From the NCBI GenBank assembly GCA_018650165.1, contig JABIGM010000022.1, positions 1 through 39,523 on the forward strand: a DNA stretch of 39,523 bases, given 5' to 3'. Both the position numbers and the translations under genes were made by a program. Of this stretch, positions 33,901-39,523 are shown one piece after another; position 1 is the first letter of the stretch, and each line of letters starts with the position of its first letter. The notes below the pieces were generated by a model. That model worked only from the letters and a program-made list of their open reading frames with translations, searched no databases and was not told where the DNA came from. This stretch comes from Methanobacteriota archaeon. GTDB taxonomy: Archaea; Thermoplasmatota; Poseidoniia; Poseidoniales; Poseidoniaceae.

Positions 33901-36454
33901 AGTCTTCCGTGCGGAAGCGGATATTGTGACTCCATCCGATGGCGCGGTATTCAATGTTAGCGAGAGAACAAAATTAATCCTCAGATTAGAAAATCCAGGT
34001 AATGGAGAGGATACATTCATTTTGAGTGGCTTTACTACCACGGGAAACCTTTCACAGGCGCCTAATGCTACCTTTGAGATTTCCAATCCGATTCGAACCC
34101 TCGGCCCAGGAGGAATCAGCATGGTCCCTGTTTGGGTAACACTTCCTGAGGATGTGCCGGCAAGGGAAACTTTCCAATTGATATTTGATTGGACTAGTGT
34201 CGGTGATTCATCAGTTAGCGACCAAGCGAATATCACCATAGAAGCCAGACCAGACCATAGATGGGATATTGAAGTTGCACAGGGTGATTGGATGCAAGTA
34301 ACTCCCGGGAGTTCTGTATCTCTAGCGATTAACATCACAAATACTGGAAATACAGATGATTTGCTAACTTTAACTCCTGAATTTACTCTGATACATGAGG
34401 GTGGAGACACCTCAGATTGGTCAGCAGTGGAAATCAATTCCTCCAGACTGGGTGTGCAAGGAAGTGAAGTAATACTACTAAACGTCTCAATTCCGGAACT
34501 GACTTGGGCAGGAACTGTTGCAAATCTCACACTTGTGGCATCCTCTAGTGAATTTGTTATCAGCAATATTGTCAATATTGAACTCGAAGTGGAAAATGTC
34601 GCAGGTTGGAGATTTGACCTCTCAAATACATCTCTAGAAGTCCCACCGGAAGGTGGCCAATTGGATATTCTTGTTGAACAAAAAGGAAACAATCCAACCC
34701 AACCTTACTTTGCTAAGGCAGGGCAAGGATGGAATGTAACTCTACCGGACTTCGGCCCGGAAATAGATCCAGGTAATTCAGAAATCATATCGATTAATGT
34801 CACACCTCCAAGTGATGCTATTGCTGGAGAAGTTGGCATTCTTAGTATTCGAATCTCTAACGGAAATGGGGCGGGAGAGGTTGTAGAGCAAGTTCCTATC
34901 CGAGTAGGCTCCGCACCAGGAATCGATGTTGGCTCTAGCGGATATTGGATGGTCCGACAAAACACAGCATCATGGCCTACTGCGTGGATTGAAAATATCG
35001 GTAATGATGTCGCAATCATGGACCTGTCTATATCAAATCTGCCAACTGGGTGGGTGCTTACAGGAGATGATGTTGTTGTTGTTGCTCCCGGCGAGATCAA
35101 GGGAATTCCATTACAGATACAACCACCTAACCAATGGGATGGTAGTAACAACATCCAACTAGACATTCAGCTTGAACACCCAGTCCTTGGCACAATAGTT
35201 CATTCAATTACCGTCAGTGAAAGTGAAACTGTATTGATTTCAAACCCGGTACATACCGGTAGAACGGGTGAGAAGGTATCAATCTCTACAGACTCACTAA
35301 GTGATGGTGTGGTGTCTTCACTAATCGAATTACCACAGCTGCGTAGCAATGTAACACACAACGGTATGGCATTACACCTCGTGGGTATACCAGCGCCAAT
35401 ACATGAGGCTGAGTGTGACAACACCTATGGTGAGTTATCTAATCTCGGAATTGAACCAACTTCAACTCTATGGACCTCATGCCTGATAACCGCTAACCCT
35501 GAACATGCCCTCGTTGCAAATGCTTGGTTACGTGCCGATAGTGGTGAAATATTAGACAGCAGAGTTATCCGCTTGAGTCCTGGTGAAAACATGACTGTCA
35601 ATCTCTCAATTTTATCATGGGACCCCGTTCCCGGTTTGGTAAATGTCGAAATACTAATTGTGGATTCTAATGGTCTACCATTGCATTCAGAATCATCAAC
35701 TCATGTAGCCCGCCAATCCGGCTGGAATTTAAAAATTGCAAACTTGGAAGTTAAAGATGCCACTATTGAGGTTGGGATTGACCGTCAGGGCTACGAAATG
35801 ATGGAGGGCTCTGTTTGTCAAGTCAATGTGGCACTAACTGACGGTAGTTGGGAACAAACAGTTGCCATTGACGTATATGGTAACAAGTACGCACCTAGCA
35901 TTCAAATCGATAGGCCCAGCGTAATAGGTGACAGTGCTGAGGTTTCTGCTACTGTATCCTGCCACGCTCCCTGGGACCGGGATACCAATCCTGAAGACGA
36001 TTCAATGACTGTTTATGCAAGCAAGTTGCCGTTAGTTACCTATGAATCGGGAGACCTATATTGGACGGGCGGTATTGCTGTTCTACTACTAGTCCTAGCA
36101 TACTTCGGCGGTATCTTGAATCTAAAGCAGCTGCAACAGAAGGAAGGTGTTGGCAAAGTAGAGCCTACATTCAAGAAGACTGAACAAAAAACTCCTCAAA
36201 CAAATAATGATCTCGAACCCGACGACATGAACCTTGGAGAAGAGTTGGAACCTGATGATAATGTCGGCCATATCACTGAAACGCAAGTTGAGCCAATAGT
36301 AGAGTTGGAAGAGGAAATTATTGACATCGATGACTCTACTGCGAGTGGAAGGTTGTCGGCACTTCGTGAAGAAATTGAGATAGATGGGCCAACTAAACCG
36401 GAATCTCGAGAAGACATCTCAAGCCGCTTAGATTCATTCCTGGCTGACCGTTGA
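30908..36454 (+). CDS. Giant surface protein: FG-GAP/VCBS-like beta-propeller, CARDB, repeated NEW3-like Ig domains, TM helix, acidic tail
   Basis: Signal peptide MRIRAFLMLFILLASTIVIP; six PxxxDxDxDxxxExxx repeats; recurring V/LxNxGNxxD strands; TM WTGGIAVLLLVLAYFGGIL. Start is 30908 or 30923. Confidence 0.8.
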   Translation: MEQVPMRIRAFLMLFILLASTIVIPTPTSADEEEDSAWDPLWQPWAQYGREPGHSRELPEHGDSGLMTIETPAINWVAFDSGDGADGYGVAIADMSYSIASPSGAKERCGENHLFAVLTYTDNSERHLAIVEGDTAKIAWEVNLGDTDIIRSTPIIVDVDQDSRPEIAIVYDTDSALNVDLWSPDMTCDESGWAASGHSNEKVWSWSDPDLRIGIGTAHFWTGGYEAVTQPLLADLSLDGSPELVISAVDTSTNDPTVVAIPLGLQTPEENWKVALDRGTHPSDPAFAALDDNSGAVVLTTADENSGNIWIWRIDGATGSLDWERVSIQGTDDDDDTPRIRLPGPVITQLDSDAAPEMILTLPADANQGTDGMGAQFVGMELTSTNEIWRFRAKNGYADAEPLAVDTTGDGITDRVCWVTWYSTGAGTTNREGLTGCHDITIEPPFREWTRVLQSGGGTNDGEIAVSPPISIDLDGEDEPELLVAYGQRIFAFDGNTGTSADIGSGWSAPIDVPHTTWAAPAIADMDGDGYLDILVGDALISEAKADIAPLADGRGIGFTPTDPDPGEMVTISGQYSNIGVVDTDEPVDAVLMLDGVEIERHRVNVAEAISPSGEGGPITFSVDVEATLGVHTVELLLDINDNLTQTRDDNDNYSTTLVVLEPYVAQIQTPVEISRALPGTSQIVDITVTSLGSRNAAWTLDYDDSQLEDGWAFYPVNSAELSLNLVRDVPQVVQFEFSVPLDAMGSDDAQIQLSLVLDQNQSVSSSVTLPLEVERTRGLSLQGSTGLPLGIGYGEPGDVAHVWLLVENVGNAQETTEMQWSSNTWSADTTIVDYSGTTQWGIELDPSAKEEYLIEFEIPSSKSLGESTSATLTLCIGSGNEEICEDFTVTVFASNVSSDIPHIRTVPTSGLTWDISSNFVGTTLQWDMSEASMLKENWNWSASGDLSINGTMLEMSGQEGQLHLDLPLNAPPMRHYFNQSEENLVFSDFSISLHILQVFRAEADIVTPSDGAVFNVSERTKLILRLENPGNGEDTFILSGFTTTGNLSQAPNATFEISNPIRTLGPGGISMVPVWVTLPEDVPARETFQLIFDWTSVGDSSVSDQANITIEARPDHRWDIEVAQGDWMQVTPGSSVSLAINITNTGNTDDLLTLTPEFTLIHEGGDTSDWSAVEINSSRLGVQGSEVILLNVSIPELTWAGTVANLTLVASSSEFVISNIVNIELEVENVAGWRFDLSNTSLEVPPEGGQLDILVEQKGNNPTQPYFAKAGQGWNVTLPDFGPEIDPGNSEIISINVTPPSDAIAGEVGILSIRISNGNGAGEVVEQVPIRVGSAPGIDVGSSGYWMVRQNTASWPTAWIENIGNDVAIMDLSISNLPTGWVLTGDDVVVVAPGEIKGIPLQIQPPNQWDGSNNIQLDIQLEHPVLGTIVHSITVSESETVLISNPVHTGRTGEKVSISTDSLSDGVVSSLIELPQLRSNVTHNGMALHLVGIPAPIHEAECDNTYGELSNLGIEPTSTLWTSCLITANPEHALVANAWLRADSGEILDSRVIRLSPGENMTVNLSILSWDPVPGLVNVEILIVDSNGLPLHSESSTHVARQSGWNLKIANLEVKDATIEVGIDRQGYEMMEGSVCQVNVALTDGSWEQTVAIDVYGNKYAPSIQIDRPSVIGDSAEVSATVSCHAPWDRDTNPEDDSMTVYASKLPLVTYESGDLYWTGGIAVLLLVLAYFGGILNLKQLQQKEGVGKVEPTFKKTEQKTPQTNNDLEPDDMNLGEELEPDDNVGHITETQVEPIVELEEEIIDIDDSTASGRLSALREEIEIDGPTKPESREDISSRLDSFLADR

Positions 36455-36485
36455 CTTCATCCATGAGTGGCACTCCCGCTGGGAT

Positions 36486-37121
36486 ATGGAAGAGGCTTTG
36501 GACACAACCACTCCATTCATGACAATTGACCCAATGGTTTCCTACCGCCTACTACCAGTTTATTCTGCATTGAATGGTGGAGATTGGAAAATACTGATTC
36601 AAAGTGACGATGAACTAAGGCTGAGGTTAGTATCACAGGGTGTAGCTAACCCTGAAGAGAGGTCTTCGATGACCTGGGATGATGCTAATCTCTTTTTCTT
36701 GTCGTGTGTAGATCTTACAACTAATGGAAGACCATATCCGCTCTTCGCTGGAATCTCTAAAGAAAGATTTGGAAGATTCCCTTACGGAGATGGGTCTGCG
36801 ATGACATACTTACGCGAGTGGATCAGAGATTCTAACAAAGATACTGATAGCCTTGAGGAGATGTCAGAATTACTTGAAATGCTAGAAACCAGAATGAGTG
36901 GAACTAGTATGGAAAAGGGAATTGGAAAATTAGAGATGCGGGGATGGCTCACCAATGAAGAAACGACTAGTTTAAGGAAATTCCTAAGCACAGCAATTTG
37001 GACTCCTGCTGCTGATGAACCTCTTGATGGTGGATGTCAAGATGCTGCAAAGAATATTGTGGCTCTTCTTCGTTCAGCAGAAAAGCGAAAGTGTGGCGTA
37101 CTTCTGCGTGTACACAACTAA
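36486..37121 (+). CDS. Hypothetical protein
   Basis: 211-aa ORF filling the intergenic space with GGGAT upstream; no motif recognised. Confidence 0.65.
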   Translation: MEEALDTTTPFMTIDPMVSYRLLPVYSALNGGDWKILIQSDDELRLRLVSQGVANPEERSSMTWDDANLFFLSCVDLTTNGRPYPLFAGISKERFGRFPYGDGSAMTYLREWIRDSNKDTDSLEEMSELLEMLETRMSGTSMEKGIGKLEMRGWLTNEETTSLRKFLSTAIWTPAADEPLDGGCQDAAKNIVALLRSAEKRKCGVLLRVHN

Positions 37122-37122
37122 T

Positions 37123-38034
37123 TCAGAAATTATTTCCGGTTAGCCTCTCATACATCGATGCATACAAGGATGCAGTTTGAGTTATTACTTCATCTGGTAA
37201 AGCCGGAATAGGTGGCTCTTGTGCATCACTTTCTCGGGCTAGTCGTAGTTCCTCTTGGTGCCCGGTTCCAACGTAGTGCTGACGAACAAATTCCTTGGAT
37301 AATTGAACAATATTACCCTTTCCATATTCCTCTGCATCCCACCAGCGATCTTCATCTAAAGTTCCAAATGAATCTACAAGAACAGGTACACGTCCTGGTC
37401 CGAGTGCAAACTCTTTTTTCCCATCAACATGAATTAATCCACGCTTCAGTGCTTCTCTTTCAATTAGTGCATCGACTGCAATAACAACTTCGATTAACGA
37501 ATCGAGTTCATCAGAAGTAATGTTAGCAATTTCTAGTGCTTCTGCGGTGTCAATTAGGCGGTCAAATGCCTCGAATTTTGTTGTGACTTCGACATATGGA
37601 GCAGGTAGTTTTGCACCTTGTTCAAGAACAGTCCCTTCCGGGAACCCTAATTCTTTGGAACTCAGTTCACCACGCTTATACCGCCTCCATCCAGAACCCG
37701 CTAAATAATGGCGACAAACAATCTCTAGAGGAACAAATACCCATTCCCCATCACGAGGGGTCATCCCTGGCTCTCTGTAAATATCCACACGGCGGACAAG
37801 ACATCTGTCAGTTGCATTACGTTCAACAATATGAGTCCTGCAAATGCCTTCCTTTTCAACCAAATCAAACCAGTGACAGGTAGTTCTGTTTAGCGACTCA
37901 CCCTTTCGAGGAATCAGTGAAGGAATGATTTGATCAAATACTGATATTTGATTTGTATATCGAAATTCAAGAATATCTGGGTCATCAGTTGACCAGACTT
38001 CTTTGACCTTGCCGGAATAGAGACACTCTCCCAT
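37123..38034 (-). CDS. purC: Phosphoribosylaminoimidazolesuccinocarboxamide (SAICAR) synthase
   Basis: LYSGKVKEVW, ISVFD, KGESLN, PLEIVCRHYLAGSGW, TTKFE, HVDGKKEF, DEDRWW, LSKEFVR. Start ATG 38034 or 38073. Confidence 0.93.
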   Translation of the reverse strand: MGECLYSGKVKEVWSTDDPDILEFRYTNQISVFDQIIPSLIPRKGESLNRTTCHWFDLVEKEGICRTHIVERNATDRCLVRRVDIYREPGMTPRDGEWVFVPLEIVCRHYLAGSGWRRYKRGELSSKELGFPEGTVLEQGAKLPAPYVEVTTKFEAFDRLIDTAEALEIANITSDELDSLIEVVIAVDALIEREALKRGLIHVDGKKEFALGPGRVPVLVDSFGTLDEDRWWDAEEYGKGNIVQLSKEFVRQHYVGTGHQEELRLARESDAQEPPIPALPDEVITQTASLYASMYERLTGNNF

Positions 38035-38079
38035 GCCACATGGCCTGCGCGTCACGCCTTTCAACATTGGCACACGGTT

Positions 38080-38742
38080 TCAAATCAAACCGAGGGCATC
38101 CTCGATACGATTCAACTCAGGTCCAGTTGTATCACGGCCAGCGATTACACCATTATTTGAAGCCGCTAAACCTGCACCAACATAAGGTGAACCGAAGGCA
38201 ACCGTTCCAACCATCGGAGCAACTCCTAGAACCTCTTCGATGAGTTTTACTTCATCCGGCATGACATCTGGGTGTAATAAAACTCCCTGGTCATTAGCGA
38301 TGCCGAGTGAACCGACAACCGCCTCACCAGCTATTGAAGAAACTGCGATAGGAACTCCAAGAACTTGAGAAATAATTTCCACGCCGTCTTCAGGAATTGA
38401 AGGTGAAGCAATTGCACCAAATTCATTGCAAAGAAGCAAGTTACCTGCGGTATTAACCCCACCTTCCATTACAACAACATCACCAAAAGCAGTCAAAGTA
38501 TCAACATCTTCAGCAGTAGCAATATCTGCCACAGCTAGTCCCTTAGAAGTTCCAGTAACCAGCGCACCAACTAGTGTAGATCCGCCTATTGAAAGTGGGT
38601 GTCGCTCTAGACCAAGACACTCATCTATTCGATTAAGTGCCTCTTCGCTGAGTTCATGTGGATGAAAAACAACGTTACCACAAACTGAGAGATAGATTCC
38701 GACTTGGTCTGACCCAAGAATATCGCTCGTTGCAATTGGCAT
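38080..38742 (-). CDS. eif6: Translation initiation factor 6 (aIF6, ribosome anti-association factor)
   Basis: Five-fold repeats GSTLVG, TAGNLLLCN, AVVGSLGIAN, GTVAFGSPYVGAG and TTGPELNRIEDALG. ATG 38742 gives 220 aa; ATG 38775 is an alternative. Confidence 0.95.
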   Translation of the reverse strand: MPIATSDILGSDQVGIYLSVCGNVVFHPHELSEEALNRIDECLGLERHPLSIGGSTLVGALVTGTSKGLAVADIATAEDVDTLTAFGDVVVMEGGVNTAGNLLLCNEFGAIASPSIPEDGVEIISQVLGVPIAVSSIAGEAVVGSLGIANDQGVLLHPDVMPDEVKLIEEVLGVAPMVGTVAFGSPYVGAGLAASNNGVIAGRDTTGPELNRIEDALGLI

Positions 38743-38802
38743 GTTCTTCAACTCTGTGTTTGTGGTGGGGTTCATGGTTCCTTCGGAGCCTTGAATCTGA
38801 AA

Positions 38803-38840
38803 ATGGAAAAAGGCCGCACTCCGCAATGCGGAATGCGGCC
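38803..38840 (-). terminator. Strong hairpin plus U-tract downstream of 5S rRNA
   Basis: GGCCGCATTCCGC-ATT-GCGGAGTGCGGCC (13 bp, one G-U) followed by TTTTTCCATTTT on the minus strand. Confidence 0.7.
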
Positions 38841-38893
38841 AAATCGCCACTCCGAAGAGCAGCTGCGGGGAAAATTCTCCGAGAGAAAGAAGA

Positions 38894-39015
38894 GGGGCAC
38901 AGTGACAATCGTTCCCGTGGGCTCTCGCACCACAGTACCAGAAATGACGCAGATGGGCTTGACTTCCGGGTTCGGGATGGGACCGGGTAAACACCACCGC
39001 TATGACCGTGCACCC
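38894..39015 (-). rRNA. rrf: 5S rRNA
   Basis: CACGGTCATAGCGG...TACCCGGTCCCATCCCGAACCCGGAAGTCAAGC...GTACTGTGGTGCGAGAGCCCACGGGAA...; terminal helix GCACGGT/ACTGTGC; about 122 nt. Ends are approximate. Confidence 0.95.
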
Positions 39016-39124
39016 ATCTTCCTTCGAATCGGAAGTGGATGCGATCCAGCGTTTGGATCGCTTCTCGAATTGGCATGAACTTATGAATGAAGGGCACTCG
39101 CCGGTGCGGTGCATACACAAAAAG

Positions 39125-39523
39125 TAGTTGCATCATAATTAGTGCTGCTGGACTGAACACGTCGCCGAAGCTTCGTGCTTACATCCGCAGTCTATCAATC
39201 TCGTCTTCTACGAGTAATGAAAAATGTGTCTCGTTTATGGGGTGGCTTCGAGCTTAGATGCTTTCAGCTCTTATCCATCAGGGCGTGGCTACCCAGCATT
39301 GCCTTGTCAGACAACTGGTAAACTAGTGGCCCCAAGCCCTCGTTCCTCTCGTACTAAAGGGCCTCTTCCATCAGACACTAAACACTTCAACCACCAAGCA
39401 ACAAACCTGTCTCACGACGGTCTAAACCCATCTCACGATCCCTTTTAATGGGCGAACAACCCCACCCTTGGGTCCTGCTGCAGACCCAGGATAGGAAGAG
39501 ACGACATCGAAGTAGCAAGCCAC
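39125..39523 (-). rRNA. rrl: 23S rRNA, 3' part (continues beyond the window)
   Basis: PTC segments CGATGTCG and TGGGTTTAGACCGTCGTGAGACAG, sarcin-ricin loop AGTACGAGAGGAAC, GCTGAAAGCATCTAAG. The 3' end is approximate. Confidence 0.98.

Noticed and set aside
4112-35424. Numerous Ser/Thr-rich antisense ORFs of 60-285 aa (e.g. 4112-4663, 10414-10929, 33835-34692)
   Set aside because: Shadow frames opposite long acidic genes.
17041-38800. Identical 10-mer TTGAATCTGA upstream of two genes (17041 and 38791)
   Set aside because: Opposite orientation relative to the genes and compatible with chance.
38743-39160. Long ORFs (346-aa aIF6 extension, 38675-39160, 38658-38990, 39224-39448)
   Set aside because: They run through the 5S/23S rRNA genes and are chance open frames.
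1-39523. CRISPR array, transposase, selenocysteine or pyrrolysine read-through, programmed frameshift
   Set aside because: No regularly spaced repeats, no transposase motifs, and all recognisable genes are intact single frames.

Overview
Core-chromosome segment of a marine Euryarchaeote, most consistent with Marine Group II (Ca. Poseidoniales, Thermoplasmatota). This call rests on archaeal-type AlaRS, RpoE'/Spt4/S24e/S27ae, aIF6, DtdA, GGAGG/GGTGA ribosome-binding sites and giant single-pass surface proteins with acidic tails; it is inference, no search was run. The window holds about 27 CDS, including two real small genes missing from the ORF track (S27ae and a 59-aa coiled-coil ORF). It also holds divergent tRNA-Thr(GGT) and tRNA-Ser(GGA), a 5S rRNA and the 3' end of 23S rRNA. 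Three giant surface proteins (2218, ~1410 and ~1848 aa) cover about 42% of the window. No transposase, integrase or CRISPR array was seen. The most notable observations are: (1) four perfect 7-8 bp hairpins with unrelated outer stems but a shared CC-RTA-GG triloop core, each at the 5' end of a gene; (2) a highly structured, possibly two-state RNA leader upstream of the rpoE'-spt4-S24e-S27ae operon; (3) a Tudor-Tudor-EF-hand protein with eukaryote-like motifs beside tRNA-Ser; (4) a SAP domain on the cytoplasmic tail of a giant surface protein; (5) aIF6 located directly behind 23S-5S rRNA.
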